From: Longimicrobiales bacterium
Lineage (GTDB): Bacteria > Gemmatimonadota > Gemmatimonadetes > Longimicrobiales > Gaopeijiaceae
Assembly: GCA_965219445.1 (NCBI GenBank)
Contig: CBDCNQ010000005.1
Coordinates: forward strand, 1,638,420 to 1,702,419
Direction of reading: 5' to 3'
Length of the DNA: 64,000 nt
This document shows positions 20,089 through 30,322 of this stretch, one piece after another (within the stretch, counting starts at the first letter, position 1; each line of letters opens with the position of its first letter). A model generated the notes under the pieces. It did no database searches. It was not told where the DNA came from and worked only from the letters and a program-made list of their open reading frames with translations. Position numbers and translations under genes: made by a program.

Positions 20089-20996
20089 GGCGCGCGTCCC
20101 GCCATGCCGCGACCTCGGCCGGACTAGGGCTGGACGCGGCAGTGCATGCGACCCTAGCCTTGAAGAGGCGGAGGAGTCCCTCCGACACTCTAATTTGGAG
20201 GCGGAACCCAGATGGCTTGGCCCGACGTGCTCCGGTGGCTGACGCTGATTGTTGGTGGTGCGGCGTCCCTCATGGGGCTGGTGTGGACGCTGCGGCGCAT
20301 CTCCCGACCGTGAATGCGGGAAGCGGCGCGGGAGGCAGCGGACGGCCTGTATGAAGCGGCTCCGGGGCAACGACTTCCGGCAGCCATGAAGGGGCTCGGG
20401 GACCGCATCGAGCGCGTGGACGCCAGGGGGCGGGAGGACCGGGCGGCGATCCTGGAGGCCTTGGCCACCCCAAAGGACCGTCCGGGAGCCTAGTAGTGGA
20501 CCCTGACTTTGTTCGGCCGTGGAATAGGGGCTACTTGGTATGGTGTGTGGTGCTGCTCGGAGGCATGTTGGCGTTAGAGCCGGTTGTTCGTGTGGCTTGT
20601 GAGGCGGTTCTCGATGGCCGCACGCCGCGCCCGCTCCCGCTCGAGATGCGGTGTGTTGAGGTAATGGAAGTACAGGGGGGGGAGCTCAGTGGAGACTCTT
20701 ACTTTTGGTGGTGGATCCTCCCGATGGGGGCTACTGTGGTGGGGATGGGCGTTTTGGGACTCGTGGCGGAGGCCCTGAGCCGCGCTATTTGCGACGTTCT
20801 CCCACCTGCGGCGGACGTTCTTCCGCGTGGAGCGCTGGCCGCTCGGCCCCGAGCCTCGGTTGAAACGGTTCGGAAATCATCTCGCGGGCCTCTGATGGGA
20901 TAGAGGAGCTCTGGGCGGCAAAGTAAATATGCACATGCTTGATTTCTTCCGGTCGAGAATCCTAGATGCCCTCCGTCAGCGGGCCGTTGCCCTCTG

Positions 20997-21464
20997 ATGT
21001 GGTACCGTGCCTGGGGGCACGTCATCCCTAACACGACTGCGGAGGTTGGACGGATCCGTGAAGAGCTTGAAAAGCTCGAAAGACGCCTGCCAGAGGCTAC
21101 GAGTCATCGCGACCTGGAACGCGACAAACGCGAGTGGAAGCGTGAGAAGGCGAAGTACCAGTTGGTAGCTCCTGTTCGTGGCGTTTCTGTTTATGTGCTC
21201 AAGCCGGAGGTGGAGACGATGGATGAACCACATTGGCTCTGTCCAACCTGTTTTGACCATCGTCAGAAGAAGTCCATCCTCCAAAGGCACGACCGCCACG
21301 TCAATCGCCACGCCATGGTCTGCCACCACTGCTGCTCGCGTAACAACGCAGCTGGGATGTTCTTCATCCAGGCATCCATCAATCCGGGGGGGAAGAACAC
21401 CCGGGAAGGCGTCGGGCAACCGGAGCCTATGCTCCTTGGCGATGGCCCGAAGCCACGGCTGTGA
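20997..21464 (+). CDS. Hypothetical protein with coiled coil and Zn-ribbon (possibly degenerate)
   Basis: PHWLCPTCF...SILQ...CHHC. Confidence 0.5.
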   Translation: MWYRAWGHVIPNTTAEVGRIREELEKLERRLPEATSHRDLERDKREWKREKAKYQLVAPVRGVSVYVLKPEVETMDEPHWLCPTCFDHRQKKSILQRHDRHVNRHAMVCHHCCSRNNAAGMFFIQASINPGGKNTREGVGQPEPMLLGDGPKPRL

Positions 21465-21694
21465 CCTCCTCACTGACGCTCGAAGCCCAGTATCCTGGGG
21501 CGGCAACAGGTCCGGCTCGGACCTTCCGGTTGGTTCGCGCGCCCGGTGCTGCGTGCGGGCAGCGAGGTACGACGCCAGCGAGGTGTGGCGAACCGCCGGG
21601 GCGAGCCTGACGTTCGGGCGGCGCCACAGCACCTGCGGCATGGTCCATCTCGGGAGGGGCGGCTACCTGTCCTTCGGACTAAGACGCTCAGGCT

Positions 21695-22064
21695 GAAGCG
21701 GTACCGGTTCCCGAGGGTGATCTGCGCTTCGACGTCGCCCTGCTCGGCGGCCAGGCGCATCCAGCGCACGCCTTCGGCATCGTCAGCCGGGACGCCATGG
21801 CCGTTGGCGTACATGAACCCGAGGCGGCTCTGCGCTAGGGCGTTGCCCTGCTCGGCGGCCATCCGGAGCCAGCGCACGGCCTCGGCGGCGTCCTCCGGGA
21901 CGCCCTCGCCATCGGCGTACATGAGCCCGAGGTTGAGCTGCGCTAGGGCGTTGCCCTGCTCGGCGGCCAGGCGGATTGCTTCGACGTCCGGGGCATCCGA
22001 TACACGCGCCCGCGAGAGCGAACAGGACCACGGCGGCGGCGGGGCGTAAGGTTGGGGCGCTCAC
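21695..22064 (-). pseudogene. Sel1-repeat protein fragment
   Basis: AAEQGNALAQ..LG.MY..G.GVP.D.AEAVRW repeats; frameshift near 21990; truncated at about 21700. Confidence 0.8.
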
Positions 22065-22111
22065 TTGGCCGCGCGCTCCGCCCGGACCCGGGGCCGTCCT
22101 GTGGGCCCGGT

Positions 22112-22747
22112 TCACCTTCCACAGTCCTCGTAACCGGAGGCCATGCACGTTTGGGCCAGTTCGACTGCAAGGTCCCTTCCGGCAGCGCTCATGAATACCT
22201 CGATGAGCATCTCTGCATCGCTGGCGGCCTCAGCGTGTCCGTTTTCTGCGGCGAGGATGAGCCACATAAGCCTGTTCACGTTGCCGCGGCGGTACATGCC
22301 ACCGAGGCTATACTGCGCAGGCGCGTAGCCCTGCTCGGCGGCCATCCGGTACCAGCGCACCGCTTCGGCGGAGTCTTCCGGCACACCGTGGCCGTTGGCG
22401 TACATGTCACCGAGGCTGTGCTGCGTAGGCGCGTAGCCGCCCTGCTCGGCGATTTGGCGGACCTCCGAAACAGCCGCCGCGATCACGTCCGCCATGGGTT
22501 CCCCGCGTCTGGCGGGGCGCTTGAAGATGACCTCGTAAGAGGCTTCGTCGGAGTCGGAGTCAACCGCCCGTCTCGCGAGGATCGCCTCCCATCCCTGCGC
22601 ACCGCCGATGTTCATTGCCTGGGTGAACACCGGGTCCGGAATAGCCACGATCCTGTACTCCCACTTCGTCGGAAGAAGGAGCGGAAGGGCCAGCAAGGCG
22701 ATTATGACCGCCAGCGCGCCACCGACCGCCCACGCCTTGGCGCTCAC
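22112..22747 (-). CDS. Membrane-anchored Sel1-repeat protein
   Basis: N-terminal TM, KWEYRIV domain, Sel1 repeats. Confidence 0.8.
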   Translation of the reverse strand: MSAKAWAVGGALAVIIALLALPLLLPTKWEYRIVAIPDPVFTQAMNIGGAQGWEAILARRAVDSDSDEASYEVIFKRPARRGEPMADVIAAAVSEVRQIAEQGGYAPTQHSLGDMYANGHGVPEDSAEAVRWYRMAAEQGYAPAQYSLGGMYRRGNVNRLMWLILAAENGHAEAASDAEMLIEVFMSAAGRDLAVELAQTCMASGYEDCGR

Positions 22748-23079
22748 GATGCCCGCTCCCGGAGCCGTGCGAGGCGTTCTCGCCGGGCGATCCTTCGCTC
22801 TTCCTCGGAAAAGAGCGGCGCGAACTCGGCAGCGAGCGCGAGCGCCTCAACGGTCAGGTCCAGGCGCTTGCACTCGCATAATGCCGTAAGACCGGCAGCG
22901 TAATCGGGACCGGGACGGGGTTGGAGCAGTTGCTTTGCGGTCTCGATGCCGCCGTGCTCTGCGATCATCGCGAGGAACCGAGCCGCGTTATAGCCGCACT
23001 CGCATTTTGCCCGCTTGTAGATATCCAACATCCGCGCAGTGAAGCGCCGTTCCAGGGTGCGCGGGTTGATCGCCCCCAT
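22744..23079 (-). CDS. Conserved-looking hypothetical protein
   Basis: MLDIYKRAKCECGYNAARFLAMIAEHGG...RLDLTVEAL...LFSEEE; coupled to neighbours; preceded by a frameshifted RHH-like ORF (about 23079-23314). Confidence 0.65.
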   Translation of the reverse strand: MGAINPRTLERRFTARMLDIYKRAKCECGYNAARFLAMIAEHGGIETAKQLLQPRPGPDYAAGLTALCECKRLDLTVEALALAAEFAPLFSEEERRIARRERLARLRERAS

Positions 23080-23854
23080 CAGGCCCACTCCCGGCGCTTG
23101 CGGGCCGCGTCCAAGGCGAGCCGGACGGTCTGGCGGAGCCATTCCGCCGGGGTCATGCCGTCGCCCGCCGCCGCTTCCTCGATCCGCTCTTGCGTGCCCG
23201 TCGGACAGGCGACCGAAACCCTGTCCGGCAGCCGCCCGCCGCGCGGTCCATGCCGCCGCTCGCGCGCGCGCGCGTGGATGCCGCGCCGCTATTCCGTCCC
23301 GCTCGATCGTCCACCGGCCCCGCCTCCCGTTCAGGGGGAATACTTCCTAGCAATGGCAGGGTGGCCGGAGGTTGTCAATCTGCGGGAGTGGCATGAATGT
23401 ATGCCGGGGTCTTACTTGCCCCCCCGTTCTAACCGCATATATCCCAGCAGTATGGACGCCGATACACCCCGGACCACGGACCCGGACGCACCCGCCGCCG
23501 CCGTCCTCCCGGCCGCCGGGATGGACCTCGCCCACGCGCTCCGCTGCGCCCCCCTTCGACCCCCAGCTTTCCGCCCTGCTGCCGGGACAGCGCGATGGGC
23601 GGGGCGCGCGCGCCGACCCCGTCTCCGGTGCGCCCCTCGCTGACCGGTGCACCGTCATGGCCGTCTCCCATGTTAACGCCGGCGGAACACGCCGCCTAGC
23701 GCAACCAGGCTGCGGTGGCGCGGAGGCGAACGTGGACCGCGCCTGCGCGCGCCATTGAGCGCGAGCGGAGCCGTCAAGCCGCGCGCCACCGGCAACGACC
23801 GGAACCAGCACGTACGCTGGGCGAACACCCGCCGCAGCGGAGCGCGGACCTCCT

Positions 23855-23917
23855 AGGGGATCGAAGGGGCGGAGTCCCTCGCCAGCCCCAATGTCTTACA
23901 TTGGGTAGGCTGGCTCA
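23855..23917 (+). other. oriT-like site, copy 3
   Basis: GGGGATCGAAGGGGGCGGAGTCCCTCGCCAGCCCC-AATGTCTTACATT-GGGTAGGCTGGCTC; flanks match copy 1, inner hairpin differs. Confidence 0.5.
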
Positions 23918-24005
23918 TGACTGCTAACGGGTCGTGAGCCAGCCTTCGCGCCCCCGCTCTTCAGCGCCTTACGGACTCGTCCGCCCACACTGCGAGCGCG
24001 GCGGA

Positions 24006-25268
24006 TCAGCGAGCCGGTTCGGCCTCCGGGTCGCGACTCTTGTCGGCCAGGTACGCCGCCCAATCGTCCATCAGGACGCGCCTGCGCTCGAAGAGGTCCG
24101 AACGCGCGTAGGCAGCTTCCACCTTGTTGCCAACCGCATGCGCCAACGCGGCCTCGGCGACTTCACGCGGTGCGTTGGAACACTCGCCGCACCAGTCCCT
24201 GAAGCTCGACCGGAAGCCGTGCGGCACGGCCGCGATACCCAGGTCTCGGAGCAGCGTGGAGAGTCTGCTGTGGGCAGATGCGCGGCCCTCCGGCGACGGG
24301 AAAACGAGACCGCTGCCGCCGCCGAGCGTCCGCGCCTCGCTCAGTATCTCCACAGCGCGCCCGGACAGCGGCACCCTGTGGGGGCGATGGGCCTTCGTGC
24401 GTTCGGCGGGAACCGTCCACTCTCGAGCCTCCAGGTCGATTTCATCCCAGTGCGCCAAGCGAACCTCTCCCGAGCGGGCCGCCGTCAACACCAGGAACTC
24501 GAAGGCGAGTTTCGTGGCCGGGTAAGCGTGCGACTTCCGCACCGTCTCCATCGCGCCCGCGACCTTCGAGTGATGCAACGCGCGCATGTGCCGGACTACG
24601 GCTCGTTGTCGGCCAAGCGCTTGACCGAGCACATCGCTGGCGGGGTTGTCCGGCCGAAGCCCCATCGCCACCGCCCACTTCATCACCGCCCCGATGCGCT
24701 GGCGCACCCGCCGGGCAGTCACCTGCTTGGCGTGCCAGATCGGTGTCAGCACCGCCAGAACGTCGGCTGTCGTTATCTCGCCAACCGGACGATGGCCCAG
24801 CTGTGGGAACGCGTAGACGCGCAAGCTGGAGACCCAGTCCTTCTCATGCCTGGCGCTGCGCCAGCCCGGCCGCAGCTGTTCCAGAACACGGTCGGCCGCC
24901 TCGGCGAACGTGGGCATGTCCCGGACCTTGTGCCGCTCGGTCCGCGGATCGCCGCCCGAGCGCGCGATCTTGCGGTTCGTGAATGCCTTCTCGCGCGCCT
25001 CGGCCAGCGATACCAGCTGGTAGCCCCCGAGCCCCAGCGTGCGGTTTCGGCCCTGGATCCGCAGACGCTGCTCCCATCGGCGCGCGCCCGATCGGTCCAC
25101 GCGCAGATAGAGGCCGTTCCCATCGCAGTAGTATCCGGGCTTGGCGCTGCGCACGAAGGCCGCGCTGAGTGCGTTATGCGGTCGCCTGCCTCGGTGTTTG
25201 GGCAAATCCAATTCGGGAGTCCCCGTATAAAGTATCGTATGTTGTATACGGGAACATAGTGGACACAC
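24006..25268 (-). CDS. int: P4-like tyrosine integrase, near-identical paralog of 1775-3022
   Basis: Same sequence apart from a few substitutions and the extreme C-terminus. Confidence 0.95.
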   Translation of the reverse strand: MCPLCSRIQHTILYTGTPELDLPKHRGRRPHNALSAAFVRSAKPGYYCDGNGLYLRVDRSGARRWEQRLRIQGRNRTLGLGGYQLVSLAEAREKAFTNRKIARSGGDPRTERHKVRDMPTFAEAADRVLEQLRPGWRSARHEKDWVSSLRVYAFPQLGHRPVGEITTADVLAVLTPIWHAKQVTARRVRQRIGAVMKWAVAMGLRPDNPASDVLGQALGRQRAVVRHMRALHHSKVAGAMETVRKSHAYPATKLAFEFLVLTAARSGEVRLAHWDEIDLEAREWTVPAERTKAHRPHRVPLSGRAVEILSEARTLGGGSGLVFPSPEGRASAHSRLSTLLRDLGIAAVPHGFRSSFRDWCGECSNAPREVAEAALAHAVGNKVEAAYARSDLFERRRVLMDDWAAYLADKSRDPEAEPAR

Positions 25269-25371
25269 AGCGACAGTGCAACCGGAAGTGTCCTACATAA
25301 CTCACTGTGATAGCTATAGTTATAGAATCTTATCGGACACATATGGATTGTATTGGAATCTATGTGTAGCA

Positions 25372-25382
25372 GACGGTTGATC
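25372..25382 (-). repeat. Second attL-type core
   Basis: GACGGTTGATC is the reverse complement of GATCAACCGTC; same junction as 1661. Confidence 0.8.
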
Positions 25383-25990
25383 AGCTCGGAGAGAAGCCGC
25401 GAGGCTTCGGCGGGCTCGAGCATCTCGATCGGCGTGTGCTCCTCCACGAGTGCACGGCCCGCGTCCACCGTCGCGCGAAAGCGGGCGGCGGCGGCCTCGA
25501 TCTCGGAACCGAGGTAGGTGGGCGCGCTCGCCCGGTGGCGCTGCCACCACTGCCTGAGACGGGAGGCTCTTCCCGATGTTGGCCCGTCGGCGACCGCCCG
25601 GAGCCGGGGATCGTGCGACCAGACCAGGTAGGCCCCGAGCCGCTGCACGCGGCGCGAGAGAAACGCGCCGCGCTTACGCTGCGACACCGCTACGATGCCG
25701 GAACCCTCGTCGTCAGCAGCCTCGGGCGAGGCCGGGCGGCGGAGTAGATAGAAGTAGAGGCGTGTGTCGGAGTCCAAACCCGAGAGCAACCGCTGCCAGC
25801 GGCCCAGCACGCGGTCGATCTGCTCGGGCGAACGCCCGTCGACCACCGCAGGCGCTAGCCGTCCGGCCGCGATCAGCTCGCCCGAGCGGGTCAGGCACGT
25901 GCGGCCGTCCTCGAGCCAGCCCCAGTAGGGCAGCTCCTCGGCCAGTGAGCCGGCCGCCTCGTGGTCCCGGAGCTCCGCGGAGATCCTCAT
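25372..25990 (-). pseudogene. virB4: VirB4 N-terminal part, copy 2
   Basis: MRISAELRDHEAAGSL...LSELINR, broken at the same base as copy 1. Confidence 0.85.
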
Positions 25991-26289
25991 CGCCCGCTCC
26001 GGATCACGAGATGCCACGGCTCTTCGGCCCACTTGCCCGGGTCGAAACGGGCCGGATAACGCGTCCCGGCGCGGAGCACGCCAAGCATGTCCGGGTCTTT
26101 GCGGCCGGCCAGCCATCCGGCCCCAAAGCCGACCGCGAACACCACGCCGCCCGTCACCAGCGAAGCCGTCGCGTTCCACATCGCGAGCCCGAGCGTCGCG
26201 ACGAGGAGGAACCCCCTACGCTCGACCCCCAGAATCGTCAGCGGACGGTTCAACGCCGCATAGCCGGCCCAGCGCCTCAGGCCCCTCAT
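25987..26289 (-). CDS. virB3: VirB3/TrbD, copy 2
   Basis: Protein identical to 754-1056. Confidence 0.85.
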   Translation of the reverse strand: MRGLRRWAGYAALNRPLTILGVERRGFLLVATLGLAMWNATASLVTGGVVFAVGFGAGWLAGRKDPDMLGVLRAGTRYPARFDPGKWAEEPWHLVIRSGR

Positions 26290-26576
26290 CAGAAGAGCCA
26301 CGCCAGGAAGTTCGCCGCGCCCATCGCCATCCCGAGACCGAAGATGATCCCGGCCAGCGTCCGCTTGCTACCGCCCTCACCGAACGCGAACATCAGCCCG
26401 CCCACCACGATCGCGATCAGCGACAGCCCCCTCGCGATCGGACCCGTGAACTGCGCCTGGAGCTCATTGACCGCCTCCACCCACGGGCTCGTCCCCTGCG
26501 CCCAGAGCAGCCCGGGGAACAGCAACCACAGCGTGGCCCAGGCCGCCGCTCGTACCGTCCTTAAGAACGTTTGCAT
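26289..26576 (-). CDS. virB2: VirB2/TrbC, copy 2
   Basis: Mature region identical to 467-754; leader differs. Confidence 0.85.
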   Translation of the reverse strand: MQTFLRTVRAAAWATLWLLFPGLLWAQGTSPWVEAVNELQAQFTGPIARGLSLIAIVVGGLMFAFGEGGSKRTLAGIIFGLGMAMGAANFLAWLF

Positions 26577-26608
26577 CGTCTTCTCCTTGTCCCCCCTGAA
26601 TGCGCCGG

Positions 26609-27100
26609 TCACTCGGCGTCGCCGCGGCTCAACGCGATCTGCTTGCGGATCCACTCGTCCACCTCCGCCTCGATCCAGCCGACAGCGCGCGCGCCTAGCT
26701 GGACGGGTCTGGGGAAGGACCCCTCGGCCAGCCGCACGTAGATCGTGCTCCGCCCGAGCCCCGTGCGAGCTTGCACGGCCGGGAGCCGCACGATGCGGAT
26801 CGGCACCTCCATTTCATGCACCATGGTTCTCGTCATCTCTCTGCCTCTCCGTTCTCTCGGGGATGAATCCCGGAGCCGGTCGCTCCGGGAGGAAACAGGG
26901 TCCACACCGGCCTCGTCGAAGCCTTCCATGAACGCCAGGAGCTGATCGGCCGTCGCGAGCGTCGGGGAGCGGCCATGGCGTAGCTCACGCACCAGGTTCG
27001 GATCGCCTACCGCCTGGCGGCCAAGCGTCGCCGGCGCCACTCCCGTGCGTTCGAGGAACGCATCCACTCGCACCATGAAAAGCCCCTTCAGCGTCTCCAT
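26609..27100 (-). CDS. HTH-AlpA fusion regulator, copy 2 (diverged)
   Basis: FLERTGVAPATLGRQAVGDPNLV..LRHGRSP plus an AlpA domain. Confidence 0.8.
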   Translation of the reverse strand: METLKGLFMVRVDAFLERTGVAPATLGRQAVGDPNLVRELRHGRSPTLATADQLLAFMEGFDEAGVDPVSSRSDRLRDSSPRERRGREMTRTMVHEMEVPIRIVRLPAVQARTGLGRSTIYVRLAEGSFPRPVQLGARAVGWIEAEVDEWIRKQIALSRGDAE

Positions 27101-28135
27101 GCGAGGGACGGTGAAGGCACTTGCGCAACTACGTCAATCCGTAGGATTTAACCGACGTTCTTAGTAGAACTATTGGGATTTAATTGGGAGACCAGCGTGG
27201 TCGGGCGCTCCGCCAGCGGCGCGTCGAGCGGGTCCGGGGATAGCGGTGGGAAGCCGGGGACGGCCTCGATTGTGCTCAGCTGAGACGCGCGGTTCTCAGG
27301 ACCCGCGGGTCCACCGCAGCAGGGCCGGATCCTGGGCCAACTACAAACCCTCAAACCCTTCGTAGGAGCATCCAGAGTCTCTGCCGGAACAGCGCAGGCA
27401 CTACCGGCGCCCGCGTGGCAGGTGCGTCTACATGACGTGTAGCGCTGGACGGCGAAGTGCTGAACAGGTACGGTCGGCATAGACTTTGCGCGCAACAAAT
27501 GGCTGACCGGATTGGTGCTGTCCCAAAGCCGGGGCGATCGCGTCTTCTCCAGCTCTTCGAGCAGTGGCGACCTCGAGTCCTCCCTGACGGGTCTTTATCC
27601 GTACAGGCCAGCAGGCGAGGGAGAGGCCGCTAGAGGTATCCTCGGGTACCGGGGAGACATCCACTTGGCCGGGGCCGGGCAAAGCAACGCGCTTCCGATT
27701 CTCCCTAGGTTAGCGGCGTGCTGGAAAGCATCGCGACGGCTTACACCTCGGAGGCTGAGTGGCATAACGCCCAAGCACATATCGATAAGAGGTTGCTGAA
27801 CCGAGCGATGTGCGGGAGCGGAAAATAGAACTGCAAGTGGCGGAGCCGCCAAAGCGTGGTCCAAGACCTGCACTGCAATCCGTGGTATCCCACTACCTCA
27901 GAACGCTCATGGACGCGGTATTCGGTCCTGGCTGCTTCCGTTGCGGGCTACGTTGTTTGCTCATCGGGAGTGCCGAACGCGTCGCGCAGCGCGGTCAGCA
28001 AGGTCTCACCCTTCTCCGCCATCCCGGGCGGTAGCGTGTCGACACTCTGGCACCGGATCAGATCCCGACGGATTAGCTTGCCCACCGATCCCTTGTTGAA
28101 ATCCACCTTGAGCTTGTCGAAGCACTGGTGCAGCC

Positions 28136-28363
28136 GTGGGCGCCCTGTGGGTCTTAGGGCCGACGAGCACCACCACAACATTGCTGCGACTGATTCTGGC
28201 TTCGGCTTCGTGCTCCCAGTTTCTCTGCGGGGCAGCTTCCTTCATAGACCAGTCGGCCCCCCTCGAAGGGTGAAGTTGGCAGCTTCATTTGCCAGACCAT
28301 GTGATGTTTCAGGTTCTGGTCTTCGTCAAAGTCGAAGCTGAAAAACGCGCGTTTCTTTGCCAT
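28136..28363 (-). pseudogene. Second TIR-like (MTH538/ThsB-type) gene, frameshifted and truncated
   Basis: MAKKRAFFSFDFDED, then in another frame DWSMKE...W..EAEARISRSNVVVVLVG.KTHRAP. Confidence 0.75.
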
Positions 28364-28373
28364 TGAACTCCCG

Positions 28374-28871
28374 TCAGTTGTCTTTGCGAATTCGGACCGC
28401 TTCTTCAACGGCGTTCGCCAGGTGCTTCTTGATCCAGGCGTATCGTTCCTTGCTGTTGCTACCAGCCGGCGTGTAGCACTTCACGATAGAGGATAGCCTC
28501 TTCCCGTCGTCACCGTAGGGGATGTGCGCAAACGGATTCGCGCCCTTGGTCGCCACCTTGCCGCCGGCATTCTCTAGGCCGTGGATGTAGATGCCGACCA
28601 CTCCCATTCCATCGCTCCAAGACTTGATGATCTCGTGATCGATCCATTTGCGCTTCGCTGTGTTGGTGCCGACCAAGACGATGGTGCAGGAGCGTCCCTT
28701 CAGTTGACCCGCAATCCATTTCCTAATAGCGGCGTCTCCACCCTTTGTGACTGTTTCCCAGTCGTTGTCGGTGACGGGCTTGTTGCCATCGACCATCCCC
28801 ATGTTCCGCACCTGGCCTGCCCGCCAGTTGTCAGGCTTGTAGTGGAAGCTGAAGAAGCTACGTCTTGCCAT
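28374..28871 (-). CDS. TIR-like domain protein (MTH538/DUF1863, ThsB-like)
   Basis: RRSFFSFHY..DNWRAGQVRN, SCTIVLVG..TAKRKWIDHEI (catalytic Glu), GANPF. Confidence 0.9.
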   Translation of the reverse strand: MARRSFFSFHYKPDNWRAGQVRNMGMVDGNKPVTDNDWETVTKGGDAAIRKWIAGQLKGRSCTIVLVGTNTAKRKWIDHEIIKSWSDGMGVVGIYIHGLENAGGKVATKGANPFAHIPYGDDGKRLSSIVKCYTPAGSNSKERYAWIKKHLANAVEEAVRIRKDN

Positions 28872-28883
28872 CGTGCGGCTCTC

Positions 28884-29291
28884 CTAGTCCCAAAAAATGT
28901 TCACCAGCATGACCACGACGATCGTGACGGTGATGGTACCGTGAAACAACTTGAGCGTAGGGGACCAGCCCACGTCCCAGGTGGAGACCACCTTGCCCTC
29001 GAAGGGCTGCGTATTCATCGAGAAATCAACTCGGTCGGGCTCTAGCTCCCGCACGTGGTCATAGACCTTCCTAAACAGCCGCTCTTGGCGCAGAAAATAC
29101 GCATCTAGGGCCCAGAACATGAAGGCTGGGAAGTAGGCCAGGTACACGAAAAACTCGTTCGTGTCGGCTGCAGCAAGCGCAAAAAGCGCCGCGACCAAGG
29201 TTACGCTCCACCCTTTGATTAGAAACGAGTTTCCAGCCATCCGCGTAATCACCGCCTGGATCATCTGGAGATGCGTTAGCTGTCGATCCAT
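28884..29291 (-). CDS. Small multi-TM protein associated with TIR genes
   Basis: HLQMIQAVITRMAGNSFLIKGW...FWALDAYFLRQERLFR; about 3 TM segments. Confidence 0.8.
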   Translation of the reverse strand: MDRQLTHLQMIQAVITRMAGNSFLIKGWSVTLVAALFALAAADTNEFFVYLAYFPAFMFWALDAYFLRQERLFRKVYDHVRELEPDRVDFSMNTQPFEGKVVSTWDVGWSPTLKLFHGTITVTIVVVMLVNIFWD

Positions 29292-29542
29292 AGCAGGAAG
29301 CCTTCTCGATGTAGCCGCGAATAATCTAGCTAGAGCCCATTCCAAGCGATTGCCGGCTTGGCGTGCTCAACGGCCCTTAACTAGTGATCAATTGTCGAAT
29401 TGCGAGGCCTTGAGGTCAACGTCGTCCCCACTCCTCAGAGCGGCGGGACAATCCGAAATCTCACGGAGCGCGGCAGCATAGCGGTCTTCTTCGTGAACCA
29501 CCATGCGGCGGCCCCTGTCCTTTTGAGAGCGAAACTACTGCT

Positions 29543-29875
29543 CTAGGCGAGCCCGATCCCTTTCGCGATCCACTCGGCTGCACCCTTCTCCTGCATCGTT
29601 TGCCAGTCAGAGAACCGGGTTACCCGTGCGATGAAGGCATCCCACTCCGCATCCGGGATGGCCGCGAAGTCCTCTGGCGTCTCAACCGTGAACCCGCTCG
29701 CCTCGAACAACTCCTCGAGCGACTGATAATCGGTGTACTCGTCCATGAAGGCCTGCAGGAACAGATCGTGCAGCGGTACTAGGTGCTCGCCGTCTATGGC
29801 CTGCGCGTTCTCGGACAGGCGGTTCAGTTCGCGTTCGAACTCGTCGAAGCCGCTCATCTCAAAGCTGGGGTCCAT
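29543..29875 (-). CDS. Acidic hypothetical protein
   Basis: Open frame, TAATG coupling to the upstream gene. Confidence 0.65.
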   Translation of the reverse strand: MDPSFEMSGFDEFERELNRLSENAQAIDGEHLVPLHDLFLQAFMDEYTDYQSLEELFEASGFTVETPEDFAAIPDAEWDAFIARVTRFSDWQTMQEKGAAEWIAKGIGLA

Positions 29876-30114
29876 TAGCCCGGCACCTTCCGGGGGTCGT
29901 TCCCCGGAGCCACGGTGTCCTTGTCTCTAATCTTGCCGTCCACACCCTTCGTGGTCAGCTCGCCTCCACCTTGCTTCTTTAGCATGTCGCGGGCGGCGTC
30001 CTGTGCCGCCCTCTGAGTGTCGTGAACAGTTGCTGCTCTGGAGGCGTCGTTGCGTTTGTTCTCCCATGTACCGTCCGGTCGCCGAGAGATCGTTCGGTCG
30101 TGTGGCTTACTCAT
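29875..30114 (-). CDS. DUF2188-family protein
   Basis: RPDGTW...RA...HDTQRAA...AR...GGEL....DGKIR.KDT...GNDP. Confidence 0.8.
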   Translation of the reverse strand: MSKPHDRTISRRPDGTWENKRNDASRAATVHDTQRAAQDAARDMLKKQGGGELTTKGVDGKIRDKDTVAPGNDPRKVPG

Positions 30115-30322
30115 GATGCTGATCCTACCTCTGACATAAATGTGATGGGACGCTCAACACGACCCCGAATGTAACCCAAAGATCCAGACGTTCACGGTGC
30201 CATCTGCTATGGTCTGTGCACAGAGGTAGTGGAGGGGGTCCGCCCGGTCTAGGGTGACGCCTGTCCACGGCGGCGAACCGAAGCCGGGAGCGAGAAGACC
30301 CCATCGGCCGGTTCGTCTTACT

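Larger units (their letters stand above)
24045..26576 (-). repeat. ~2.5-kb inverted repeat of 467-2990
   Basis: virB2-virB3-virB4N-att-int in reverse complement with scattered substitutions. Confidence 0.9.

Noticed and set aside
20496..20903. 135-aa hydrophobic ORF
   Set aside because: It may be real, but there is no motif or context support for a call.
24773..26179. 468-aa ORF reading from virB4N through att into the integrase region (311-aa equivalent at 864-1799)
   Set aside because: Chance read-through past the insertion junction; the two copies stop at different places.
27200..28135. Several short overlapping ORFs
   Set aside because: They look like fused gene debris; no family could be supported.
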